NCBI GenBank assembly: GCA_964643275.1
Contig: CAZXRL010000001.1
Location: 728-64,727, forward strand
Source of the DNA: an uncultured Candidatus Brevefilum sp.
Lineage (GTDB): Bacteria > Chloroflexota > Anaerolineae > Anaerolineales > Anaerolineaceae
Direction of reading: 5' to 3'
DNA length: 64,000 nt
Of this stretch, positions 1 to 9,426 are shown piece after piece (positions within the stretch are counted from its first letter, which is position 1; the number at the start of each line of letters is the position of its first letter). The notes beneath the pieces are model-generated. The model ran no database searches. It was not told the DNA's origin and saw nothing but the letters and a program-made list of their open reading frames with translations. The position numbers were made by a program, and so were the translations under genes.

Positions 1-29
1 GTGATAGAAAGGTTTGAGTAATCAAACAT
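1..29 (-). CDS. 5' end of a possible CDS running off the window (MFDYSNLSI...)
   Basis: ATG at 29 on the minus strand, open to the window edge, directly after a GTTAGGAC motif; only 9 codons visible. Confidence 0.3.
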
Positions 30-34
30 GTGCG

Positions 35-163
35 TCCTAACACCTGCTCCTCCGGACAGCAGCCATGCCACACGGAAACAACATCGGTCTGCCAGAAATG
101 ACACATAAGTGAAATAGAGTCTCGCCGGCTCTGCCGCCGCTGCTGAGCCGAGGCCTTGCGAAC
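35..163 (-). other. degenerate attC-like imperfect palindrome
   Basis: minus strand GTTCGCAAGGCCTCGGCTCAGCAGCGGCGGCAG ... CTGCTGTCCGGAGGAGCAGGTGTTAGGAC; arms pair imperfectly; GTTAGG core then ATG; left RYYYAAC box is degenerate. Confidence 0.3.
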
Positions 164-685
164 ATTAATATGTAAAAGCACATAGTATCACTGCACCGGT
201 TTGATTGACCCCGCCATTGAAATCACCGCTGGAAATAGAATAGACAAGTCTGGGGATACATCAACCCTTATAATTTTGTCTTTATGATTGACATGAATTC
301 CTGGGCCAAATGCACGAACATCTCAATCGGATAAACCGGTCACATTCACAGTTACATGAAACTGTGCATTTTCGAGGATGTGGCCAGATTCAAGGTATTG
401 AGCCATAATTAATAAAACGGTTCCACTCTTTCAGGGCGCTTCATATACCCCATTAGTCAACATAAAGTCAATCTACGCAACTCTCCAGACTCCTCCAAAA
501 AGAGTCCCGCAGCAATCACCGCCTATTTCCAAACCTGAGATTAACGGCCTGTCATTTTTATTTTCGAAAGTCATAAAAATACATTCCTCTTAATTTCGCT
601 TTTTATTATACAATTCAAATGTTCATTTACTACATCTATCAATAAAACTGGATAATCTTTCCTCTCATATAGAAAAAGGACAGCC

Positions 686-2641
686 ATGCGAACACGATCT
701 CTTCACCCTCATTTTCTCCTTTTTGTATTAATTTTGGTACTCACAAGCTGCAGCCCCCAACCCACTCAGGAGGTTCAGGTCACTGCACCACCCAGAACTG
801 CCACTGAAGAAATTGTGCAAGCCACAGCTTTGCCAACGCCAACAGCTACGGAAATTCCACCTCTCCCTTGTACGATTGCCTTCCAGTCTGACAGGGATGG
901 CAACTGGGAAATCTATCGGATGGAACCGGATGGCAGCAACCCCGTCAACCTCTCAAATGACCCCGAGGAAGATATCGAGCCGGCTTTTTCACCCGATGGC
1001 AGCCGGATTGCCTTTGTCTCCAACCGGGTTGTCGATGATGAAGGCGGCCAATACATTTATGTAATGAATGCAGATGGCACGGATATCCGCAAACTCCCAA
1101 CCGAAGATGGCAGCCGCCACCCCGCCTGGTCGCCAACAGGAGAATACATTGCCTATGATAATGACAATGATATCTTTATCATCAAATCAGATGGAAGCGA
1201 ACCATCCATTCAACTGACTGACTCACCTGAAAAGGACATCATGCCGGATTTTTCACCCCAGGATGATTTTATTGCCTGGTTAACTGGTGAAGAAAATGAT
1301 TTCTGGGACATTCTTTTGATGGATCTCCAATCCAATGAAATTCAAAAGATCACCCAGGACGGTGGCGTCTCTGATTTCCAGTGGACAATTGATGCGGAAA
1401 TATTTTTCCATGGAAATGGTGACCTGTTCGGCTGCTTCAATTGCGTCATGAGCGCTGATGGTTCAAACATCAGGGATGCCGGCGGGAAAGGCAGCATCCA
1501 GGAATTTCTGCCTTTCTGGACCCTCGGTGGAGACCGGGTGGAATGCGTCCATGCCGATTTCAACGAGGAAGCAAATGAAATCTATCTCGTCAGTGATATA
1601 TACCCGGATGTTTTCTTCAACCTGACAAACAACCCCGCCAATGACATGAATCCCTCCTGGCCGGATAATTGTGGGCCTTTACCAGATCACATGGACGATA
1701 ATTTCTCTTCTTCTTCAGATGCCACTGAGTTCGTTATCGGTTATGAAGATGCTGATTTTGTGATGACAAACACTCAAAGAGCAGACCTGGAACAGGCTTG
1801 TAATGAATTGCCCGTCACGTGTGTTATGGATGATTTTGACGCGTTGATCGAACAAAATGTCGATGCCATCATGTCCTTTTCAAGCAGATGGCATGTCCTG
1901 GGCTCAGCGCCACAGATTTCTTCTGCCGTCGAAAAAGGGATACCTGTTGTTGTTCTTAATGCTGAGTCTGATAAGGAAGGCGCATATAACCTTTCCAATG
2001 ATTCCGAATCTATCCGGTTAAGCCTGAAATGGATGTTCAATGAAATGAGCGGGACCGGCGAATTCGTCTACTTCGTTTTCGGCCAAAATGCTGTTCACCA
2101 GAGCATTATTGATCAGATTCTAAAGGATTATCCCGAAATCACCGCAACTTCAATGCCCGCCGAATATGGTGACGACTCGGTGACTTGGGAGAATATCGCC
2201 GAGTTAATCAGATCTACCCCTAACCTTGGAGCAATCTGGTCTGACGAAAATTTACCTCAGCTCCTGATTGCAGCCAATGGCGTTGAGCAAGGCCAACCGC
2301 CCTATATCGTGTGTGATCCAAGGGACGATTGGCTGGAAATGTGGCAGGTAACGATCGAGACAAATCCCTTGATCAAATGTATTGCAACCATTAATCCGGG
2401 CGGTACGGCCTACGAGGGAGTCTATGTGGCGTATTACTTGTTATCAGGTTATGAAATTAATCCAGAAGCCTTAGGCGGCCCTTTTGGGAACACCCTTCTT
2501 TATGACTATCCAATAATCACAAATGATAATTTGGATGAATGGTTAGGTAAACTGAATGAATTTCGCAGGGGCGAGTGGGGCACTTATGAATTAGCTCCCA
2601 TGACGCCCGAGCAAATCAAAGAAGCCTGGTTCAAAGATTGA
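686..2641 (+). CDS. lipoprotein: TolB/PD40 beta-propeller fused to a C-terminal sugar-binding (periplasmic binding protein type I) domain
   Basis: lipobox LTSC, Pro/Thr linker, IAFQSDRDGNWEIY and P(A/S)(F/W)SPDG repeats; C-terminal half has LIEQNVDAI...AVEKGIPVVVLN, typical of RbsB-like proteins; AAGGA RBS. Confidence 0.75.
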   Translation: MRTRSLHPHFLLFVLILVLTSCSPQPTQEVQVTAPPRTATEEIVQATALPTPTATEIPPLPCTIAFQSDRDGNWEIYRMEPDGSNPVNLSNDPEEDIEPAFSPDGSRIAFVSNRVVDDEGGQYIYVMNADGTDIRKLPTEDGSRHPAWSPTGEYIAYDNDNDIFIIKSDGSEPSIQLTDSPEKDIMPDFSPQDDFIAWLTGEENDFWDILLMDLQSNEIQKITQDGGVSDFQWTIDAEIFFHGNGDLFGCFNCVMSADGSNIRDAGGKGSIQEFLPFWTLGGDRVECVHADFNEEANEIYLVSDIYPDVFFNLTNNPANDMNPSWPDNCGPLPDHMDDNFSSSSDATEFVIGYEDADFVMTNTQRADLEQACNELPVTCVMDDFDALIEQNVDAIMSFSSRWHVLGSAPQISSAVEKGIPVVVLNAESDKEGAYNLSNDSESIRLSLKWMFNEMSGTGEFVYFVFGQNAVHQSIIDQILKDYPEITATSMPAEYGDDSVTWENIAELIRSTPNLGAIWSDENLPQLLIAANGVEQGQPPYIVCDPRDDWLEMWQVTIETNPLIKCIATINPGGTAYEGVYVAYYLLSGYEINPEALGGPFGNTLLYDYPIITNDNLDEWLGKLNEFRRGEWGTYELAPMTPEQIKEAWFKD

Positions 2642-2677
2642 CATTCCATCTCAGGTTTTAAACTTCATAAAATGCAA

Positions 2678-2725
2678 TGTCATCCGAAACCAAAGCTACT
2701 GAGTACATAATGGTTTCGGATGACA
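2678..2725. terminator. 15-bp perfect inverted repeat between convergent genes, probable terminator
   Basis: TGTCATCCGAAACCA (2678-2692) / TGGTTTCGGATGACA (2711-2725). Confidence 0.7.
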
Positions 2726-2750
2726 AAGATTTTACATCTTATATCACACC

Positions 2751-2987
2751 TCAGCACGGCTTTTCCTGATACCATTCAGAAGCATAGCAACAACAAGGTA
2801 TCTGCGGCTTCTTTTTAGCCTTAAATATCCTGGAAAAAAAAGGCTTATGGTTTCTGGAGAAGGATCGAAGAGAAAGGCTCAATCGCCCATGGGTTTTTTT
2901 CGCCCACACCTTACCCATTCTCTTCAACTCCATTTCCATCCGCTTTTCGCAAAGCAAAGCATAATTTATCAAAGGAACTTCATACAT
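2751..2987 (-). CDS. small basic hypothetical protein, 78 aa, Cys-rich C-terminus
   Basis: GAGGTG RBS just before the ATG; follows lacI; preceded by the operator palindrome and followed by a hairpin. Confidence 0.6.
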   Translation of the reverse strand: MYEVPLINYALLCEKRMEMELKRMGKVWAKKTHGRLSLSLRSFSRNHKPFFSRIFKAKKKPQIPCCCYASEWYQEKPC

Positions 2988-3001
2988 TTTTCACCTCATT
3001 T

Positions 3002-3017
3002 CTGCAACCGGTTGCAG
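3002..3017. promoter_or_regulatory. LacI-type operator copy 2
   Basis: perfect palindrome CTGCAACCGGTTGCAG with the central CG of LacI operators; same core as 4076-4089. Confidence 0.75.
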
Positions 3018-3044
3018 TACGTTCCAAAAAAATATTAAGGGTGT

Positions 3045-4058
3045 TCATGCTGACTGTCTGACAACCAGCTCGACGGGCATGGTGACATTGGTCACTGCGC
3101 CGGATTTTATAAATTGGATCAAATTTTCAGCCAATAGCTGACCGGCAAGTGGAATGTTTTGCCGGATTGTCGTCAATGGAAGGACATTATAGTGTGCAAT
3201 AGATAAATCGTCATAACCGACCACAGCTATATCATCCGGCACACGCTTTCCAAGGCTTTGAATATAACTGATTGCGCCAACAGCCATCAAATCACTGTTA
3301 GCAAAGACGGCATCCAGATCTGGTGCCCGGTCCAGCAATTGCTCCATAACTCTGATTCCTGATTCGTGAGAGTAATCACCGTAGGCAATCAAAGAGGGAT
3401 CCACCATTTTATCGGCTGCAAGCAACGCAGTTTCATACCCTGCAAACCTGTCTTCGACTTCCTGTTCCTGTTCAGCACCACCTAAAAATGCGATCCGCTG
3501 TCTTCCAGTCCTGATGAGATGTTCAGTTGCTAGTTTTCCTCCGGTGACGTTATCTCCCGTCACAGAGCAATACCGCAATTTATTTGAAGCTGGCCCCCAA
3601 ACAATGAACGGTGCATTCATATCAACGAGTGTTTGGATATGATACTGTTTTCTGCTGGAAACCATCAAAATGAACCCGTCCACCCGGCCACTGTCAAGGT
3701 ATTGGTGTGCCCAGCTCGAATCCCGCGGGTCGACATGTACCAGCAGCAGTTCATAACCCAAAGGGTGCAGCCCGCCCGTAATCCCGCCCATTATTTCCAG
3801 GGTGAACAGGTCCTCCACTGAGAATGCCGATTTATGGTAGGCGTGGGTGACAAACGCAATGGTATGACTCTGGCGCAAACTAAGGTTCCGGGCAGGAGCA
3901 TTGATTCGGAAATTATGCTGTTGAGCGATTGCCTGAATGCGCTTCTTTGTTTCCTCTGCAACAAGCGGACTGTCATTTAATGACCGCGACACAGTAGATT
4001 TGGAAACTTTCGCCAATCTGGCTATATCTTCAATCGTTTGAACTTCTTTGTTCTTCAA
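3045..4058 (-). CDS. LacI-family transcriptional regulator
   Basis: TIEDIARLAKVSKSTVSRSLN helix-turn-helix; VPDDIAVVGYDD...LTTIRQ; start moved to TTG 4058 (AAGGA RBS) because the ORF-track extension runs through the promoter. Confidence 0.95.
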   Translation of the reverse strand: MKNKEVQTIEDIARLAKVSKSTVSRSLNDSPLVAEETKKRIQAIAQQHNFRINAPARNLSLRQSHTIAFVTHAYHKSAFSVEDLFTLEIMGGITGGLHPLGYELLLVHVDPRDSSWAHQYLDSGRVDGFILMVSSRKQYHIQTLVDMNAPFIVWGPASNKLRYCSVTGDNVTGGKLATEHLIRTGRQRIAFLGGAEQEQEVEDRFAGYETALLAADKMVDPSLIAYGDYSHESGIRVMEQLLDRAPDLDAVFANSDLMAVGAISYIQSLGKRVPDDIAVVGYDDLSIAHYNVLPLTTIRQNIPLAGQLLAENLIQFIKSGAVTNVTMPVELVVRQSA

Positions 4059-4075
4059 AATATTGTCCTTATTAC

Positions 4076-4117
4076 TGCAACCGGTTGCATTATACAGTGT
4101 TTCGGCAATGGTGTCAA
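4076..4117 (-). promoter_or_regulatory. consensus sigma70 promoter of lacI with overlapping operator copy 1
   Basis: TTGACA (4117-4112), 17 bp, TATAAT (4094-4089), then TGCAACCGGTTGCA (4076-4089). Confidence 0.85.
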
Positions 4118-4139
4118 GCACATTCATCTGAATATGTCA

Positions 4140-5156
4140 CTAATTAGTTATACTAAATTGGCGGAAATCCCGGAAGAATTTTACATCCCCCTTATTCGTC
4201 TGTTTGACGCAATACAAGGCCAGATCAGCTTTTTCAATAAGCTCCTCCGAATTTTGAGCATCATCAGGAAAAATGCTGATCCCGATACTGAAACCAATAT
4301 TCAGCTTCTTGAATCGCTCTTCCAGTGAGTCTTCATAATTCTTTTGTAGTTTCTCACAGAACTTTTTAGCATCATCAATGTGTAAAATATTATCCAGAAT
4401 GATCACAAATTCATCCCCTCCAACCCGGGCGACAATATCATTCCCTCGCGCAGTTGATTTCAAGAGCCACGCCAGCCACTTGAGATACTCGTCACCCGCT
4501 TTATGAAAATATTGATCATTGACAATCTTAAAATTGTCAACATCCAAAAACAAAACTGCCAGCTTGGCCCCTGAAGGCTGAATCATCTCGTGCAATCTTT
4601 CAAACAACCCATACCTGTTATACACATTGGTTAATTGATCATGCGAGGCCAATCTCCGCAGTTTCGTTTCAGTCGATTTCAAACGATTGATATTCCGGGT
4701 GAAGCCAATCAGACCGATGATCTTCCCTTCCCGATCCCTGAGCGGTATTTTTGTGGTGTAAGTCCAATAATTGCTGTCAGGTTTGTCATGGCGTACTTCG
4801 ACCAGGTCTTTAAGCGGCTCACCTGATTCATAAACCGACTGCTCTTCCTTCTGAGTACGCAAGCCGAATTCTTCCCCAAATAATTCAATATCTGTTTTGC
4901 CAATTATTTCCTCTTCATCATTTGCGTTAAGCTCAACAACAACACACTGATTAATGAGATTAAGGCGTCCTGTGGGATCTTTAATGTAGATACTGTCAGC
5001 CTCTGTAGACATCAGGGCTTTGAACACAAATTCGTAGATTTCTTCAGGGCTGTAGATATCCTGAATCAAGGGCGGTCGCTCACCCTCATATCCATCATCT
5101 TGGTGTGGGGTCATGCTGGCTAATCCTTGGTCTTGGTGAGATCTGTGATTGTCCAT
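4140..5156 (-). CDS. PAS-GGDEF diguanylate cyclase
   Basis: IYIKDPTGR...TTKIPLRDREGKIIGLIGF PAS/PAC; HDQLTNVYNR, DVDNFKIVND, intact ARVGGDEF. Confidence 0.92.
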   Translation of the reverse strand: MDNHRSHQDQGLASMTPHQDDGYEGERPPLIQDIYSPEEIYEFVFKALMSTEADSIYIKDPTGRLNLINQCVVVELNANDEEEIIGKTDIELFGEEFGLRTQKEEQSVYESGEPLKDLVEVRHDKPDSNYWTYTTKIPLRDREGKIIGLIGFTRNINRLKSTETKLRRLASHDQLTNVYNRYGLFERLHEMIQPSGAKLAVLFLDVDNFKIVNDQYFHKAGDEYLKWLAWLLKSTARGNDIVARVGGDEFVIILDNILHIDDAKKFCEKLQKNYEDSLEERFKKLNIGFSIGISIFPDDAQNSEELIEKADLALYCVKQTNKGDVKFFRDFRQFSITN

Positions 5157-5584
5157 TTCCCCGATATTCCTGTATCGAAGGAGACGATCAGAAAAATTAT
5201 AACAGAAGGTTGTTTATATAAGGTTTAAGTTTTTACATTATAGTCGTCCCGTTTCTTCGTTTGTAACCTTTAAAGAAGTCTTGATGATAACCCAGATTGC
5301 ACTGATGGACACTGGCTGCAAATGACTTGTGTTCTTCTTGAACAACTCACAGGGGGATTTCAGTCTTGTCGTAAGTTGCCTATATTAATTTAAAGTTTTT
5401 ACTTTCTCGCGATGGTATAATTTAGATATCTTTCATTCAGTCGGTTTTTCAGTGAAGCCATGAATGTTATCTCTCGTCAACCATTGTCTTTTCAAAAAAA
5501 AGAAATGGAGGTGGTTATCAGACAGAATAAAAATATTGATTTTCTGAAGCTTATCAAATCAATCCAGTATTGAAAGAGATAATA

Positions 5585-6799
5585 ATGAAAAAGAAATATG
5601 GTTTTATGGTTTTTGTAATTGTGATGGTCAGTGCGCTGATTCTGACAGCCTGTCAGCCTGCCCAAGAACCCGAGTCACAGATTGAAGAACCGGAAGAATT
5701 TGTTTTCGGCATGCTGCTGGTTGGACCCTATAATGATCGCGGTTGGAGCCAGGCACATTATGAGGCTGGTGAATATGTGATGGAGAATCTGCCTGGCAGC
5801 AGGATGATCTATTTGGATGGTGTCAACACTGCTGACCGCCCCGGAACGACTGCAGCTCAATTGGCAGAGGAGTTGGTTTCACAGGGTGCCAAATTGATCA
5901 TCTTCAACTCAGATGATATGAAAGATGACGCAGTTGAGTTCACCAAGAATAATCCTGATATCTATGTTATTCACGCCTCTGGTGACACCGTTTGGGCTAA
6001 CGGCGAGAACTATCAGCCTTTGGACAATATGGTCAACCTGATGGGCGAGATGGAATATGGCAAGATGATTGCGGGTTGTGATGCTGCTCTGCACACCCAA
6101 TCCGGCTCGATTGGTTATCTGGGTCCATTAATCAACGAAGAGACACGCCGATTGGTCGCTGCAGCACAATTAGGCGCCAAATATTGCTGGGAAAACTACC
6201 TGGGCAATAACCTGGATGATCTGTCCTTCCGTGTGACCTGGATTGGGTTCTGGTTCAATATTCCTGGTTTTACTGAGGATCCCACGCAGGTGGCGAATGA
6301 ATTCATCAACACCGGTGCGGATGTGATCATCTCAGGCATTGATACGACCGAAGCCCTGGTGGAAGCACGCAAGGCGACTAGCGAAGGTAACCCTGTTTAT
6401 GCCATCCCATATGACTACGTCGGTGCTTGTGATGAAGCTCCCGAGGTATGTCTCGGTGTGCCGTGGTTCAATTGGGGTCCTTCGTACTTACGCTACATCA
6501 CCGCAGCGAAACAGGGCACCTGGGCATCAGCCTTCGAGTGGATGTCCCCTGATTGGAATGATATCAACAATCTTGACACCACCGCCGTTGGTTACATCAG
6601 CGGGCCAGGCATGTCACCCGATGCAGAGGCATGGCTGCAACAGTTCATCAATGAGCTGGCTGGCGGCTTGAACCTGTGGGTCGGCCCCCTGAATTTCCAA
6701 GATGGCACACAGTGGCTGGCTGAAGGCGAAGTAGCAACGGATGTTGAAATCTGGTACCTGCCACAATTGCTGGAAGGTATTGAAGGACGTTCTGAGTAA
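5585..6799 (+). CDS. BMP-family ABC transporter substrate-binding lipoprotein (nucleoside/purine type)
   Basis: lipobox LTAC; GPYNDRGWSQAHYE; first gene of an ABC operon; start taken at MKKKYG. Confidence 0.9.
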   Translation: MKKKYGFMVFVIVMVSALILTACQPAQEPESQIEEPEEFVFGMLLVGPYNDRGWSQAHYEAGEYVMENLPGSRMIYLDGVNTADRPGTTAAQLAEELVSQGAKLIIFNSDDMKDDAVEFTKNNPDIYVIHASGDTVWANGENYQPLDNMVNLMGEMEYGKMIAGCDAALHTQSGSIGYLGPLINEETRRLVAAAQLGAKYCWENYLGNNLDDLSFRVTWIGFWFNIPGFTEDPTQVANEFINTGADVIISGIDTTEALVEARKATSEGNPVYAIPYDYVGACDEAPEVCLGVPWFNWGPSYLRYITAAKQGTWASAFEWMSPDWNDINNLDTTAVGYISGPGMSPDAEAWLQQFINELAGGLNLWVGPLNFQDGTQWLAEGEVATDVEIWYLPQLLEGIEGRSE

Positions 6800-6820
6800 G
6801 TCACACCAAAGAAAAATATC

Positions 6821-6846
6821 TGGGGAAGACCTGTGTGTCTTCCCCA
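6821..6846 (+). other. intercistronic hairpin after the binding-protein gene
   Basis: TGGGGAAGAC / GTCTTCCCCA. Confidence 0.6.
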
Positions 6847-6881
6847 TTTATTAAAAATTTATTAAACCGTAAAAGTCATTA

Positions 6882-8396
6882 ATGAATATTGGATTCATTC
6901 AAATCAACAAGCATTTTGGTGAGGTCCATGCCAATGCGGATATCAACCTCGATATTCAAAGCGGCATGATTTATGGTATTTTAGGAGAGAATGGGGCAGG
7001 CAAGAGCACCTTGATGAAAATTCTCTCCGGTTTTATCCAACCAGATTCTGGTGAGATTATCCTGGATGGAAAGGAGGGCTCAATTGGTACGCCAGCCGAC
7101 GCAATCAAGTTTGGCATCGGCATGTTGCATCAGGATCCATTGGATTTTCCTCCCATGCAGGTGATTGATAATTTCATCGTCGGCCAGGGCGGCGGCTTGA
7201 TCCTCTCCCATAAAGACGTCATTAAAGAATTTCATGAATTACAAACACAGTTTGGATTTTCCCTGGATCCAGAAGCGTATGTAGATACGTTAACAGTGGG
7301 TGAGCGTCAGCAACTTGAAATCCTGCGTCTCTTGTGTTTAGGTGCACGGGTCTTAATTCTGGATGAACCAACCACGGGCATCAGCATCCAGCAAAAGGAA
7401 AAGTTATTTGCTGCATTAAAGATTTTAGCGCAACAGGGAAAAACGATCATTTTCGTCTCGCATAAATTAGAAGATGTAGAAGTATTGTGTAATAAGGTAG
7501 CAATATTAAGAAAAGGCTACCTGGTTGGTGAAGCTAAGGCCCCCTACAACACAGATCAGTTAGTCGAGATGATGTTTGGGAAACAAATCGCCTTAAAAGA
7601 ACTCAAATCAGTCGCTCAAGAAAAAATCGTTTTCGAGCTGCAGGATCTTTATATTGAACAATATCCACTGACAATAGAAAAGGTTAATTTCCACCTTCAC
7701 GCAGGAGAAGTGATCGGCTTGGCGGGTATGGAAGGCAGCGGTCAAGATGTGTTGCTCAGGGCATGCGCAGGTTTGTTGCGCCCTGTCTCCGGGTATGTGA
7801 TTGTGGATGAAAAAGACCTGACTGGTAAGAATTATTTTGAATTTATGAAAAATGGGGTCGCATTTTTGCCTGCCTCTCGCCTGGAGGAGGGGCTTGTACC
7901 AGGCTTGTCTTTGGCCGAGCACTTTACCGTGACAACAGAAAACAAAAAGCAATTATTTATTGATAAAGCCTATTTCAGGTATAAATCACAACAAATGATT
8001 GATGAGTATCATATCATCGGTCGGCCGGAGACGCCGGTCGAATCCTTATCGGGTGGAAACCAGCAGAGGGCAGCGCTGTCGTTATTAAAGGATTCCCTCT
8101 CAATCATTTTATTAGAGCACCCCACCCGAGGTTTGGACATCGAATCAACCATTTACATGTGGGAAAAATTAAAAGAACGCTGTAAGCTGGGCACATCGAT
8201 CTTCTTCATTTCCGCAGATCTGGATGAGATCTTACGGTACAGTGACCGGATTCTGGTGTTCTTCAACGGGCGCTTATCACAACCACTTGATTCAGCAACG
8301 GTCAGCCTGGAACAATTGGGACAATTGATCGGTGGAAAAGGCTGGGCTCAGGAATTTGTATCCAAGGAAAACAATGAAATATGCACAATCCCGTAG
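6882..8396 (+). CDS. ABC transporter ATP-binding protein, two ABC domains (nucleoside/sugar type)
   Basis: GENGAGKST, LILDEPT, LSGGNQQ, PTRGLD. Confidence 0.95.
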   Translation: MNIGFIQINKHFGEVHANADINLDIQSGMIYGILGENGAGKSTLMKILSGFIQPDSGEIILDGKEGSIGTPADAIKFGIGMLHQDPLDFPPMQVIDNFIVGQGGGLILSHKDVIKEFHELQTQFGFSLDPEAYVDTLTVGERQQLEILRLLCLGARVLILDEPTTGISIQQKEKLFAALKILAQQGKTIIFVSHKLEDVEVLCNKVAILRKGYLVGEAKAPYNTDQLVEMMFGKQIALKELKSVAQEKIVFELQDLYIEQYPLTIEKVNFHLHAGEVIGLAGMEGSGQDVLLRACAGLLRPVSGYVIVDEKDLTGKNYFEFMKNGVAFLPASRLEEGLVPGLSLAEHFTVTTENKKQLFIDKAYFRYKSQQMIDEYHIIGRPETPVESLSGGNQQRAALSLLKDSLSIILLEHPTRGLDIESTIYMWEKLKERCKLGTSIFFISADLDEILRYSDRILVFFNGRLSQPLDSATVSLEQLGQLIGGKGWAQEFVSKENNEICTIP

Positions 8397-9417
8397 TTTG
8401 TCATTATTATTTCAATTAGGGGGTTTAATCCTGGCATTAGGGTTTGTCACCATAATCTTGGTCTCAATTAATGCAAACCCGGTAGAGGCTTTTCGATTAA
8501 TTTTGGAAGGTGCAGTCGGCAATTCAACGCGCATCGCCAGTGTGTTTGTGGTGTGGGTGCCGCTGGTCCTGGTAACCTGCGGTGTGCTGGTCACATTCAC
8601 TGCGGGTTTATGGAATATTGGCATTGAAGGCCAGATAACGCTAGGCGCAATCTTCACCACAGGTGTGATTCGCCTCTTTCTGGGCACATCAGTTCACCCG
8701 GTTCTAGTAATCATCCTCTCCATTTTGGCTGGGATGGCGGGTGGTGCCATGTGGGCTGCCCTGGCTGGGATTTTGAAAGTCTTTGGCGGGGTAAACGAGA
8801 TTTTCGGGGGGTTGGGTCTGAATTTTATTGCCACAGCACTGAATATCGGGTTGATCTTTGGCGCATGGAGTCGGCCGGGGGTCGCCTCAATGAGTGGGAC
8901 AGAACCTTTTCCCGCAGCTTATTGGTTGCCCACGTTTCAAAATTTCCGGTTCAGCTGGTACTCGATTGTCTTGACAGTGATCGGTCTGGTCGTGATCTAT
9001 TTCTTGTTGCAGGGTACGCATTTTGGATTGCGACTCAAGGCGGTCGGGATGGGGATCAAATCTGCTTTCCGGTTGGGGATTCCAACCTGGCAGCATATGC
9101 TGCTTTCTTTCTTGATCTGCGGGCTGTTTGCAGGTCTGGCTGGCGCGCTGCAGGTTGTCGCTGTGTATCACCGCTTAATCCCGTCCATTTCCAGCGGCTA
9201 TGGCTTCATGGGGCTGATGATCGCGATGTTGATCTCCTACCAAGCAATCTGGGTGGCGCCGATTGCCCTATTCTTTGCTGCTCTAAATATTGGCGGCATT
9301 CAACTGCCAATTGTGATGAAGCTTGATTCCTCACTGACAGGCGTATTGCAGGGCAGCCTGGTATTGTTCATCCTGCTGATGCAAGGCATCAAGCAACGGG
9401 TTTTGGGGAAGAAGTAG
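8374..9417 (+). CDS. ABC transporter permease
   Basis: GLWNIGIEGQ, many hydrophobic segments; start at MKYAQ with AAGGA RBS. Confidence 0.92.
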   Translation: MKYAQSRSLSLLFQLGGLILALGFVTIILVSINANPVEAFRLILEGAVGNSTRIASVFVVWVPLVLVTCGVLVTFTAGLWNIGIEGQITLGAIFTTGVIRLFLGTSVHPVLVIILSILAGMAGGAMWAALAGILKVFGGVNEIFGGLGLNFIATALNIGLIFGAWSRPGVASMSGTEPFPAAYWLPTFQNFRFSWYSIVLTVIGLVVIYFLLQGTHFGLRLKAVGMGIKSAFRLGIPTWQHMLLSFLICGLFAGLAGALQVVAVYHRLIPSISSGYGFMGLMIAMLISYQAIWVAPIALFFAALNIGGIQLPIVMKLDSSLTGVLQGSLVLFILLMQGIKQRVLGKK

Positions 9418-9426
9418 GGAAATCTT

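Noticed and set aside
188-406. Minus-strand frame with a single in-frame TGA (323-325), possible selenoprotein
   Set aside because: No recognisable family, no Cys-like context and no clear SECIS hairpin; more likely decayed or non-coding sequence.
4059-4127. 23-aa N-terminal extension of LacI in the ORF track
   Set aside because: It spans the promoter and operator; TTG at 4058 has an RBS and puts the HTH at the N-terminus.
5422-5510. Purine riboswitch upstream of the BMP operon
   Set aside because: Only a simple hairpin (CATTCA/TGAATG) is visible; the purine aptamer core motifs are absent.
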